From contig NZ_CP102577.1 of NCBI RefSeq assembly GCF_042231735.1, forward strand, positions 2,847,281-2,911,280: DNA of 64,000 bases, in the 5' to 3' direction. Origin of the DNA: Corallococcus exercitus (GTDB lineage: Bacteria > Myxococcota > Myxococcia > Myxococcales > Myxococcaceae). This document shows positions 47,716 to 56,714 of this stretch, one piece after another. Made by a program: the position numbers and the translations under genes. The notes under the pieces were generated by a model, which worked only from the letters and a program-made list of their open reading frames with translations, made no database searches and was not told the origin of the DNA. The number at the start of each line of letters is the position of its first letter. The first letter of the stretch is position 1.

Positions 47716-48626
47716 CCCGCCTCCCCGGCCCGGGCCTCGAGCCAGCTCGCATGGAAGCGCCGCAGGGACTCCGCCAGCGCCAGCGGCTTCTGCGACAGCT
47801 GCTCCCGCGCCTTGTCCGTCACGAGCCCGCTCTTCAGCGGCCGGGGCGCTGACAGCTTCAGGTCCGCCATCCGCGTGGGCACCACCAGGCCCGCGTCGAA
47901 GCCGAACACCTCGCACAGCGCCCGCCCGAAGGCCACGCGGTCCAGCACCGTGCCGCCGCAGGTGTTCCACGTCCCGCCCAGCCGCCGCTCGCCCAGCTCC
48001 ACCAGCATCGCGGCCACGTTGTCCGCGAAGCTGGGGGACACGACCTGGTCCTCGAAGAGCTTCACCGGCTGCCCCGCGGACAGCGTCTTCACCAGCCACG
48101 CGCCGAAGTTGAGCCGGCCCTCCACCGGAGGCCAGCCATACACCACCGCGGTCCGGGCAATCGCGCACCCGGGCGAGAGCACGCGCGCAGCCTGTTCGCC
48201 CATGTGCTTCGTCACCGCATAGACGCCCCGCGGGTTCGGCACCGCGTCCTCGGCATACGGGCCCGCGTCGCCGTCGAAGACGTAGTCGGTGGACACGTGC
48301 ACCAGGTGCGCGCCGGCCTCGCGCGTCCAGCGGGCCACCGCCGCCGTGGCGGTGACGTTCGCGGCGTACGCGGCCTCGGGCGCCTTCTCGCAGGCGTCCA
48401 CCTCCGTCATGGACGCGCAGTGCAGGACGACCTCTGGCGACAGCCGGGTCAGCACGGGCGCCACGTCCGGCGCGTACGTGAGATCCAACGTCTCGTAGTC
48501 GAAGGCCCCCGCCACGCGGCGCGGGCCCCGCCCCAGCCCCACCACCGCATGGCCTCGCGCCGCCAGCTGCGCGCACGCCCTGCGGCCCACCAGTCCGTTC
48601 GCTCCCGTGACGACGAAGCGGCTCAT
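47712..48626 (-). CDS. rmlD: dTDP-4-dehydrorhamnose reductase
   Basis: [31 protein letters not shown]...VLHCAS...[11 protein letters not shown]...[13 protein letters not shown] (Rossmann fold plus YxxxK). It overlaps rmlA and rmlB by 4 nt each. Confidence 0.85.
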   Translation of the reverse strand: MSRFVVTGANGLVGRRACAQLAARGHAVVGLGRGPRRVAGAFDYETLDLTYAPDVAPVLTRLSPEVVLHCASMTEVDACEKAPEAAYAANVTATAAVARWTREAGAHLVHVSTDYVFDGDAGPYAEDAVPNPRGVYAVTKHMGEQAARVLSPGCAIARTAVVYGWPPVEGRLNFGAWLVKTLSAGQPVKLFEDQVVSPSFADNVAAMLVELGERRLGGTWNTCGGTVLDRVAFGRALCEVFGFDAGLVVPTRMADLKLSAPRPLKSGLVTDKAREQLSQKPLALAESLRRFHASWLEARAGEAG

Positions 48627-49645
48627 GCTCCGTGCCCTCCGTGCGCCAGCGTCACGGTGTGGCGGTACTCACCGCTCAGCACGCGCTCCCACCACTCCGG
48701 GTGCTCCACGTACCAGCGCACCGTGTCCGCCAGCCCCGCTTCGAAGGAGTGCCTGGGCGTCCATCCCAGCTCGCGCCGGCTCTTCGCCGGGTCGATGGCG
48801 TAGCGGCGGTCATGCCCCGGCCGGTCCGTGACGAACTCGATGAGCGACTCCGGCTTGCCCAGCGCCGCGAGGATGCCCTTCACCAGGTCCAGGTTCCTGC
48901 GCTCCGCGCCGCCGCCCAGGTTGTAGACCTCTCCCGCCCTTCCCCGCTCCAGCGCCTGGAGCAGCCCCTGGCAGTGGTCCTCAACGTGCAGCCAGTCGCG
49001 CACGTGCTGGCCGTCGCCGTAGACGGGGAGCTTCTGGTTCCGGAGCGCGTTCACCACCATGCGCGGGATGAGCTTCTCCGGGAACTGATAGCGCCCGTAG
49101 TTGTTCGAGCAGCGCGTCACCACCACGTCCAGGCCGTAGGTGTGGTGGTACGCCAGGGCCAGCAGGTCCGCGCCCGTCTTGGACGCCGAATAGGGGCTGG
49201 AGGGCTGGAGGGGTGACGCTTCCGTGAAGGCGCCGGACGGTCCCAGCGAGCCGTACACCTCGTCGGTGGAGACCTGCACGAACCGCCGGATGCCCCGCGC
49301 CCGGCAGGCCTCCAGCAGCTGCTGCGTGCCCAGGACGTTGGTGGTGACGAAGACGGCCGGACCTTCGATGGAGCGGTCCACGTGGCTCTCCGCGGCCAGG
49401 TGGAGGACGCAGTCGATGGCGTGCTCCTGGAGCACCCGGTCCACGCACGCCCGGTCGCCCACGTCGCCGTGCACGAAGACGTGGCGGGCGTCGTCCTCCA
49501 GGCCGAGGAGGTTCTCCAGGTTGCCGGCGTAGGTGAGCCGGTCCAGGTTGACGACCTTCCAGGCAGGCCGCTCGCGGAGCAGGTAGCGGACCAGGTTGGA
49601 CCCGATGAAGCCGCAGCCACCCGTGACCAGGACGTTCGTTGACAT
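48623..49645 (-). CDS. rmlB: dTDP-glucose 4,6-dehydratase
   Basis: [23 protein letters not shown]...[14 protein letters not shown]...[21 protein letters not shown]...[19 protein letters not shown]. The start is at the internal Met (49645); the track ORF from 49849 is an upstream read-through. Confidence 0.9.
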   Translation of the reverse strand: MSTNVLVTGGCGFIGSNLVRYLLRERPAWKVVNLDRLTYAGNLENLLGLEDDARHVFVHGDVGDRACVDRVLQEHAIDCVLHLAAESHVDRSIEGPAVFVTTNVLGTQQLLEACRARGIRRFVQVSTDEVYGSLGPSGAFTEASPLQPSSPYSASKTGADLLALAYHHTYGLDVVVTRCSNNYGRYQFPEKLIPRMVVNALRNQKLPVYGDGQHVRDWLHVEDHCQGLLQALERGRAGEVYNLGGGAERRNLDLVKGILAALGKPESLIEFVTDRPGHDRRYAIDPAKSRRELGWTPRHSFEAGLADTVRWYVEHPEWWERVLSGEYRHTVTLAHGGHGA

Positions 49646-49760
49646 GGACCCAACCTTGGGGGACGCGTGGCCGCCCTGGCTACTGTGCGCAGGCCCCTCC
49701 GTCAAGGCACGTCGGGCGCTCTTGTAAGGGCGGGCTGGACGGTTGTAAGGGAACGCGCGC

Positions 49761-51407
49761 GTGTCACCGCGACCCCCTCTCGGCCCGGGCGGACCCTTGC
49801 ACATCCACCAGCTGGTCACCCGCCTGGCGTGGGGTGACGCGATTGGCAACCAGGTGCGCTACCTCCAGAGCCTGCTGCGCTCCTGGGGCCACACCTCCGA
49901 AATCTACGCGGACTCCTGGGACGACGCGTGCCGCGACCAGGTGCACGCCGCCAGGAACTACCCGCGCGAGGCCACCCGCGACTCCGTGCTGCTCGTGCAC
50001 CACAGCTTCGAGTCGAAGCAGGTGCAGCTCATCGCCCGGTCGCGCGGCCGCAAGCTGCTCGTCTACCACAACATCACCCCCGCCCGGCTCTTCGAGGGCT
50101 ACGACCGGGGCGCGGTGCTCGCGTGCGACGCCGCCCGCCTGGAGCTGCTCGCGCTGCGCCCGCATGTGGACGGCGCCTTCGCCTACTCGCGCTTCAGCGC
50201 GGAGGAGCTGGTCGCCGCGGGCTACCCGCGCGTGGACGTGCTGCCCTTCGCCATCGACTGGAACGCGTTCGACACGCCGCCGGATCCGGCGCTGATGGCG
50301 GAGCTGGACGACGGCTGCTCCAACATCCTCTTCGTGGGCCGCGCGGTGCCCAGCAAGTACGTGGACGACGTGCTGCGCGTCTTCACCGCGTACCAGCGCC
50401 TGTACCAGCCCAAGAGCCGCCTGCTCATCGCGGGCAACATCCACCGCGACGCGCCCTACGGCGGCTTCCTGCACGGCCTCAAGGACCTGCTCGGCCCGGA
50501 CCGCATCCAGTTCCTGGGCCGCGTCAACGCCGCGCAACTGTCCGCCTGCTTCGCGTCCGCCACGGCCTACCTCTCCATGAGCCGCCACGAGGGCTTCGGC
50601 GTGCCGCTGCTGGAGGCCATGTACCGCGACGTCCCCGTCGTCGCGTACGGCGCCGCGGCCGTCCCGGAGACCCTGGGCGGCGCGGGCCTCACCACGTTCT
50701 CGCGCGAGCCCATGGACGTGGCGCAACTGCTCGCGGTGCTGGAGCGCGAACCCGCGCTGCGCCAGCAGGTGCTCACCGCGCAGCGCGCCCGCGTGGCCGC
50801 GCTGTCCCAGAAGGCCGTGGCCGCGCAGGTGCGCACCGCGCTGCAGGGCTGGCTGGGAGGAAGCGGGCCCGGTCCGGCGGTGGCCTCCTCGCAGGCGCCC
50901 GCCATCGAGCTCGTCTGCCCCGGCTTCTCCGCGCGGCCGGAGGCGCCCATGTCGCGGCTCGCCCTCGAGCTGCACCGCCGCCTGCCCGACTCCCGCATCC
51001 TCGCCCTCCGGGGGCGCGGCGAGGAGCCCGTCCTCTCGCTCGGACCCCAGACGGCCGGGGGAGCACCTGTCTGGCACTTCACCCCCGACCAGCCCGTCGG
51101 TCCCATGCCCGAGCCGCTGCCCGGCTCGTCGTCGCTGGAGACGGCGGTGCGGGCGTCGTCCGGGAAGGTGGTGCTGCTGGGCACGGACACCGCCGCGGCG
51201 CAGGCGCTGATGGCCAGCGTGGGGCGGCGGAGCTGGGGCGTGCGCGACGCGGCCGTCGCGTCCGACGAGGCGGCGACGGAAGCGGCCCGGCACCACCTGG
51301 GGCCGCGCCTGGTGGAGCTGGACCGTTCGGACCTGGACGCGGTGGCCAACGTCCTGGTCCAGGCGTTGTCATCGAAGAAGCGAGGAGCCCGCCATGCACG
51401 CCGCTGA
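49761..51407 (+). CDS. Glycosyltransferase, GT-B fold (GT4/GT1-like), transcribed divergently from rmlB
   Basis: The C-terminal GT4 signature is SRHEGFGVPLLEAMYRDVPVVAY (E-x7-E). The protein is 548 aa with an extended Ala-rich C-terminal tail. The start is uncertain. Confidence 0.75.
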   Translation: MSPRPPLGPGGPLHIHQLVTRLAWGDAIGNQVRYLQSLLRSWGHTSEIYADSWDDACRDQVHAARNYPREATRDSVLLVHHSFESKQVQLIARSRGRKLLVYHNITPARLFEGYDRGAVLACDAARLELLALRPHVDGAFAYSRFSAEELVAAGYPRVDVLPFAIDWNAFDTPPDPALMAELDDGCSNILFVGRAVPSKYVDDVLRVFTAYQRLYQPKSRLLIAGNIHRDAPYGGFLHGLKDLLGPDRIQFLGRVNAAQLSACFASATAYLSMSRHEGFGVPLLEAMYRDVPVVAYGAAAVPETLGGAGLTTFSREPMDVAQLLAVLEREPALRQQVLTAQRARVAALSQKAVAAQVRTALQGWLGGSGPGPAVASSQAPAIELVCPGFSARPEAPMSRLALELHRRLPDSRILALRGRGEEPVLSLGPQTAGGAPVWHFTPDQPVGPMPEPLPGSSSLETAVRASSGKVVLLGTDTAAAQALMASVGRRSWGVRDAAVASDEAATEAARHHLGPRLVELDRSDLDAVANVLVQALSSKKRGARHARR

Positions 51408-51849
51408 CCTGCTCACGGCCGTCCCCTCGGCCCAGGCCGTGGCCGCCGCCACCGAGCGGCTCCCCGAGCCGTCCGCCGCCGCGCGCGACCACCTGCGCCG
51501 CACGCTGGCCGCGTCACTGCGCGCCCCCGTCGCGGGCCAGTGGCCGGCGCTGCTGCTGGAGGCGCGGGCCAAGGCGGACGTGCGCTACGTGGAGCCCGCC
51601 ACGTCGCACCGCCCCGTCCTGGGGCCCGTGCTCGTGTTCGCCAAGCGGACCTTCCGCGGCGCGTTCCAGCCGTTCATCAACGAGGTGCTGCGCCGCCAGG
51701 TGCACTTCAACGAAGCCATCCTGGACGCCCTCACCGTCGTCATCGAGAACCAGCGCGAACACGCGCGGACGCAGGCCCTCTGGCGGCGTGAACTGGAAGC
51801 ACGGTTGAAGCAGCTGGAGAAGGATCCGCCGGGGCCTTCCTCACCCTGA
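51394..51849 (+). CDS. Small hypothetical protein, overlapping the end of the upstream glycosyltransferase
   Basis: 151-aa ORF with a 14-bp overlap (coupled). I recognise no motif. The call rests mainly on position in the operon and codon usage. Confidence 0.35.
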   Translation: MHAADLLTAVPSAQAVAAATERLPEPSAAARDHLRRTLAASLRAPVAGQWPALLLEARAKADVRYVEPATSHRPVLGPVLVFAKRTFRGAFQPFINEVLRRQVHFNEAILDALTVVIENQREHARTQALWRRELEARLKQLEKDPPGPSSP

Positions 51850-52037
51850 GCGCATGGCTGCCTGCTCGACGGACGGCGGCCCCGCCGGGCGTTGACGCAG
51901 GAACCTCCTCCGCGCTACATCGGCCCCTCGCTTCGCCTGCCTCGTCGTCCTGAGGGGGATGCCACGGGGAGAATCAACGGCGGCGGCGAATCGTTTCCTC
52001 CGGGCCGCATCCAGCCCACGACGCGAGTTGCCAAGGC

Positions 52038-53315
52038 ATGAAGATCGGGTTCCTCGTTGGGGACATCGCCAATATCTCCGGTGGGTCCAACGTCATCCTG
52101 GAGTACGCCTCACGGCTCCAGGACCTCGGCCATGAGGCCGTCCTCATCACCCCGGGCCCCGTCACGCTGACGTATCCCCTGTGGCACCCACGGCTGGCGG
52201 ACCTGCCGCGCCGGTCGCTCGCGGAGGCCGAGGGTGAGTCCTTCGACTTCGCGCTGGCCACCTGGTGGATCACCTTCTACGACCTGTGGCGCGTCAACGC
52301 CCGGGTGTACGGCTACCTGAACCAGAGCCTGGAGTCGCGCTTCCACGCGGAGCGCCACTACAAGCTGCTCAACCGGCAGACGTACTCGCTGCCGCTCCTG
52401 TTCGTCACCGAGGCGAAGTGGCTGGTGGAGTTCATCCAGACGCTGCAGCCCGAGGGGCGCACGCTCTACGTGCAGAACGGCCTGTCCCGCGACCACTTCC
52501 CCTGCGTGCAGGCCCCGCCGAAGCGCGACGGCAAGCTGCGCGTGCTGGTGGAGGGCCCGTGGGGCGTGGGCTTCAAGGGCGTGCCGGAGACGTTCGAGGT
52601 CCTGGAGCTGGCGGCGCAGGCGGGCGTCCAGTTCGAGACGGGGTGGCTGGCGTCGTCCTCCGGCGGGCAGAAGCCCACCGTGGGCGGGCAGCCGGTGCAG
52701 GTGCACGAGCGCATCCCCATCAACCAGGTGCACCAGGTCTACGGCCAGTACGACGTGCTGCTGAAGCTCTCCCGTGTGGAGGGCATGTTCGGCCCGCCGC
52801 TGGAGATGTTCTCCCAGGGCGGCACCGCCATCACGTACACCGTCACCGGCACCGACGAGTACATGGTGCACGGGCAGAACTCGCTGATGGTGGAGCCGTA
52901 CAACCACCGGCAGATCGTCCAGTTCCTGCGCCTGCTCAGCACGCAGCCCGCGTACCTCGCGCACCTGCGCGCCAACGCGCTCGCCACCGCCAAGGCGTTC
53001 ACGGACTGGGAGTCCAGCACGCGCCAGGTGGCCTCCGGGCTGGAAGCGCTGCACGCGGAGGGCTGGACGAACTCGCACCTGCGCCCCGCGCTGGCCGCGA
53101 TGTCCACCATGCACGGCCACTGGCTGGATGACGTCTGGCGCGCGGAGCGCGGAGGCCACTCGCCGCTGCACCCGTACGTGGGGCCCGGCGAGCAGGTGCT
53201 GCTGGAGCGCTACCGCCAGCTCAAGAAGTCCCGCCCCGTCCGCGCGCTGCAGAAGCTGGTGTCCGACGACTTGAAGAAGTCCCTGCGCGCACGCCTCACG
53301 CGAGTCCTGTCATGA
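52038..53315 (+). CDS. Glycosyltransferase, GT-B fold (GT4-like)
   Basis: The N-terminal MKIGFLVGDIANISGGSNVILEYASRLQDLGHEAVLI is typical of the GT4 N-terminal domain. The C-terminal VEGMFGPPLEMFSQGGTAITYTVTG resembles the E-x7-E region. Confidence 0.6.
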   Translation: MKIGFLVGDIANISGGSNVILEYASRLQDLGHEAVLITPGPVTLTYPLWHPRLADLPRRSLAEAEGESFDFALATWWITFYDLWRVNARVYGYLNQSLESRFHAERHYKLLNRQTYSLPLLFVTEAKWLVEFIQTLQPEGRTLYVQNGLSRDHFPCVQAPPKRDGKLRVLVEGPWGVGFKGVPETFEVLELAAQAGVQFETGWLASSSGGQKPTVGGQPVQVHERIPINQVHQVYGQYDVLLKLSRVEGMFGPPLEMFSQGGTAITYTVTGTDEYMVHGQNSLMVEPYNHRQIVQFLRLLSTQPAYLAHLRANALATAKAFTDWESSTRQVASGLEALHAEGWTNSHLRPALAAMSTMHGHWLDDVWRAERGGHSPLHPYVGPGEQVLLERYRQLKKSRPVRALQKLVSDDLKKSLRARLTRVLS

Positions 53316-54355
53316 GAGTCCATCCGCCCTCCCCCTCCGTCCAGCGCGTCGCCTTCGTGGGTGAGCCGGCCTTCGAGCCGCACGTGCCCGTCCAGGCGGC
53401 GTGGGCCGAGGTCCGCTTCTTCCCCGTGACGTCCGGCCAGTGGGAGCCCGCGCTCGACGCGGCCCAGGCCTGGGGCGCGAACGCGACGCTCGTGTTCCGT
53501 CCGCAGGACCTCACGCCGGAGCTGGCGGCGCGCGTTCCCGGCGCCATGCGCATCGGCGTCATCCCCGCGCCGCTGTTCAGCGCGGAGGAGATTGAGCGGC
53601 TCGCGAGCATCAGCGGCCCGGACGTGAAGGGCTTCCGCTGGCTCACCTACCTGGAGACGCCCACGTCGCCGGAGCTGGCGCGGCTGCCGCTCTTGCAGAC
53701 GCTGCCCCTGCCGGTGGACACCGCGCGCTGCCCGACGGGCCCGCGGCTGGACGTGCGCCGGATGCTGGTGGCGGACTGGGCCAGCCCCACGCCGGAGGCG
53801 CTGGAGCACCTGCGCAAGCTGGGGCCGGTGGACGTGCTGTCCTCGCACGCCACGCCGGAAGAGGTGTCGCAGGCGCTGGAGAAGGCCGGGACGCTCGTCT
53901 ACGCGTCGCGCGACCTGATGGGCCGCTTTGATCCGCTTCCGCTGCTGGCCATGGCGCACGGGCTGCTCGTCATCGCCGACACGGTCTTCGCCGGGGAGTG
54001 GAACATCGAGCCGGAGGACGAGTTCCTCTACCGGCCGGACGGCCAGTGGGCGCGCTCGCTGGATGAAGTCTTCCGCATGCCGGTGTCCTTCCGCGCGGTG
54101 CGCATCCGCGCGTGGCAGAAGATGCGCGAGGCCTTCGACGCGTCCGCGTGCTTCCAGCGCGTGCTGCACGACGCCCACCTGTTCGCGGACCCCGTGGCGC
54201 ACCTGGCGTCGCTGACGCCCACGCGCCCCCCGGTGGCCGTCCCCGTCGCCGTCGAGTCCACCGGCGCGCGCGCTCCGGAGGCCTCCGCCCCGGAAGCCCT
54301 GGGCGCGGAGAAGGTCACGCGTCTCACCCGCGCCCGCGCGGCCGTCCCCAACTAG
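53312..54355 (+). CDS. Hypothetical protein of the polysaccharide cluster (start overlaps the upstream GT stop: ATGA)
   Basis: 347-aa ORF, translationally coupled to the preceding GT. It has a weak GT-B C-terminal-like region (LLAMAHGLLVIADTVFAGEW). Confidence 0.4.
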   Translation: MRVHPPSPSVQRVAFVGEPAFEPHVPVQAAWAEVRFFPVTSGQWEPALDAAQAWGANATLVFRPQDLTPELAARVPGAMRIGVIPAPLFSAEEIERLASISGPDVKGFRWLTYLETPTSPELARLPLLQTLPLPVDTARCPTGPRLDVRRMLVADWASPTPEALEHLRKLGPVDVLSSHATPEEVSQALEKAGTLVYASRDLMGRFDPLPLLAMAHGLLVIADTVFAGEWNIEPEDEFLYRPDGQWARSLDEVFRMPVSFRAVRIRAWQKMREAFDASACFQRVLHDAHLFADPVAHLASLTPTRPPVAVPVAVESTGARAPEASAPEALGAEKVTRLTRARAAVPN

Positions 54356-54376
54356 AGCCAAGGACACCGGAAGCAG

Positions 54377-56701
54377 ATGACTGCCCGCCGTGAACCCGCA
54401 GCGGCCGCGCTGCTTCCCGCCCTCCAGCGCTGGGCGGTGGAGACCGCGCGCGACCTGTACCTGACGCAGAAGGGCGCCCCCGCCGCCACGAAGCACCCGC
54501 GCGCGACGCCCGGCGAGCGCATGTCGGTGATTGCCTCGGAGGCCCTGCCGCCCAACGTGGTGGACGGGCTGGCCCAGGCCTCGCGCCTCTTCCGCGCGGG
54601 CGACGCGCCCCCGATTGAGTCCTCCTCCTTCGCCACGCTGCGCGAGCGGCTGCTCACCGCGACGGCGGGCTACGACGTGGTGGGCTTCGACGTCTTCAAC
54701 ACGCTGGTGGTGCGCAGCGTGGAGGGCGAGTGGCTCAAGACGGCCGTGGCGCGCGGCTTCCACGCGCGGCTGAAGGAGCTGGTGCACCCCAAGGCCCTGC
54801 CCACGGTGGCCCAGGTGCGCCAGCGCCGCTTCGCCCTGGAGATGGAGGTCGCCGGGGAGCAGGTGGCCCAGGGCCGCGACAACGAGGTCGACTTCGAGGC
54901 GCTCTTGCAGCGCTGGGCGGGCAGCTGGGTGCCCCGGGAGCCGATGCGCTCGCGCATGGCCGCGGAGCTGCGCGCGCTGGAGCTGGAGCTGGAGAAGCTG
55001 GCGCTGCGTCCCGCGCCGGGCATCCCGGAGGTGCTGTCCGCGCTGAAGGCCCAGGGCAAGCGGCTCATCTTCGTGAGCGACATGTACCTGTCGCAGCCGC
55101 TGTTGCGTGAGCTGCTCCGGCACTGCGGGCTGGAGCAGTACTTCGACGCGGGCTACGTCTCCATCGACGAGGGGCTGCGCAAGGCGTCCGGCCGCCTCTT
55201 CCCGCGCGTGCTGGAGCGCGAGGGGCTCAAGCCCGAGCAGCTCTTCTTCGTCGGCGACGACGAGAACGCCGACAACGTGCAGCCGCGCCGGCTGGGCATC
55301 TCCACCCTGCGCGTGGACGACCCGGACGAGAAGCAGCGCCGCCGCCGGCTGGAGATCGCCCAGAAGGCCGTGGAGCAGAACCCGTACTGGGCCGCGCACT
55401 ACGTGGACGTCGTGCTGGGCAACGAGGCCCGCCACGTCCGCCCGCCGGACGACGACGCCAGCTACCAGCTGGGGCGCACGCTGGCGCCGGGCATCGTGGC
55501 CTTCGTGGTGGACGTCATCGAGCGCTCGGAGAAGCTGGGCATCGACCACGTCTACTTCCTGGCGCGCGAGGGCCTCACGCTGCTCAAGGTGTTCGCGCTC
55601 CTGAAGGACTCCGGGCTGTTCCGCCGGGTGCCCAAGGCGCACTACCTGTTCGTCAGCCGGGCCTCCACCATCCTCGCGTCCATGCGCGAGCTGAGCTGGG
55701 AGGAGGTGCACCGCTTCTGGCGCCAGTACAGCCGCCAGTCGCTGCGCGGCCTGCTCAAGAACCTGTCGCTGCCCCAGGACGAGTTCATCCGGCTGGCCGC
55801 CGAGTGCGGCCTCACCGACCCGGACCGGCCCATCGTGGAGCCCACGAAGGACGCCGCCTTCCAGCGCTTCCTCGCGTCGCGCCGCGTGCGCGTGGCCTTC
55901 CACCAGCGCCGCGACGAAGCGCGCGCCAACCTGTCCCGCTACCTGGAGTACCGCGGGATGATGGGCCTGGAGCGCACGGCGCTCGTGGACATCGGGTGGA
56001 AGGGCAGCATGCAGGACAACCTGATGCGCGCCTTCGAGCACGACGCGCGCTTCCCGGAGCTGCACGGCTTCTACCTGGCCTACGTGCCGGACGGTCAGCC
56101 CCAGCCGAAGAAGTCCTTCAAGTACGGCTACCTGTCGGACCTGCGGCGGCGCGACCTGGAGGAGGCGGACTTCCTGCGCAACACCGCCATCTTCGAGATG
56201 ATCACCACGGCGAACCACGGCAGCACGGTGCGCTATGGGAAGAACCCGTGGGCGCCGCACCTGCCCATGCCGGAGCTGCTGCACCACGACCAGGAGAAGG
56301 ACAACAGCGCCCGCTTCTTCCGCCGCGTGCAGGAGGGCATGTACGACTACGCGCGGGACTACGCGCGGCTGTCTCCCCTGCTGCGCTTCACCGCGGACGA
56401 GCTGCAGCCCGGCACGCTCCAGGAGCTCTTGCGCTACACGCGCTACCCCACGGAGCAGGAGGCGCGCGAGTTCCTCAAGTACTCGCACGTGGAGAGCTTC
56501 GGCGTGCATGAGGTCACCACCTTCGGCCTCAAGCTGGAGCTGAAGAAGCTGGCGCAGGTGGGCTCGGTGAAGGGGGCCCTCAAGGAGGCGTGGAAGGCCT
56601 TCGAGACGAACCCCTGGCGCGACAGCGTGGTGCGCCGCAGCGGGGTGCCGCTGGCGAACCTGGCCTATGACGCCTGGTTCACCTGGCGGGCCATCCGCTA
56701 G
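54377..56701 (+). CDS. Large protein with an N-terminal HAD-superfamily hydrolase domain and a roughly 480-aa C-terminal region of unknown function
   Basis: HAD motif I is VVGFDVFNTLVVRS (DxFxT). Motif-IV-like segments are LIFVSDMYLSQPLL and FFVGDDENADNV. I recognise no family in the remaining residues (about 300-774). Confidence 0.5.
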   Translation: MTARREPAAAALLPALQRWAVETARDLYLTQKGAPAATKHPRATPGERMSVIASEALPPNVVDGLAQASRLFRAGDAPPIESSSFATLRERLLTATAGYDVVGFDVFNTLVVRSVEGEWLKTAVARGFHARLKELVHPKALPTVAQVRQRRFALEMEVAGEQVAQGRDNEVDFEALLQRWAGSWVPREPMRSRMAAELRALELELEKLALRPAPGIPEVLSALKAQGKRLIFVSDMYLSQPLLRELLRHCGLEQYFDAGYVSIDEGLRKASGRLFPRVLEREGLKPEQLFFVGDDENADNVQPRRLGISTLRVDDPDEKQRRRRLEIAQKAVEQNPYWAAHYVDVVLGNEARHVRPPDDDASYQLGRTLAPGIVAFVVDVIERSEKLGIDHVYFLAREGLTLLKVFALLKDSGLFRRVPKAHYLFVSRASTILASMRELSWEEVHRFWRQYSRQSLRGLLKNLSLPQDEFIRLAAECGLTDPDRPIVEPTKDAAFQRFLASRRVRVAFHQRRDEARANLSRYLEYRGMMGLERTALVDIGWKGSMQDNLMRAFEHDARFPELHGFYLAYVPDGQPQPKKSFKYGYLSDLRRRDLEEADFLRNTAIFEMITTANHGSTVRYGKNPWAPHLPMPELLHHDQEKDNSARFFRRVQEGMYDYARDYARLSPLLRFTADELQPGTLQELLRYTRYPTEQEAREFLKYSHVESFGVHEVTTFGLKLELKKLAQVGSVKGALKEAWKAFETNPWRDSVVRRSGVPLANLAYDAWFTWRAIR

Positions 56702-56714
56702 GCGAAAGCCGCCG

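Noticed and set aside
46292-47752. 486-aa minus-strand ORF spanning rmlC and part of rmlA
   Set aside because: It is a frame continuation. The real genes are rmlC (46292-46837) and rmlA (46834-47715, a different frame), both of which give full-length, family-typical proteins.
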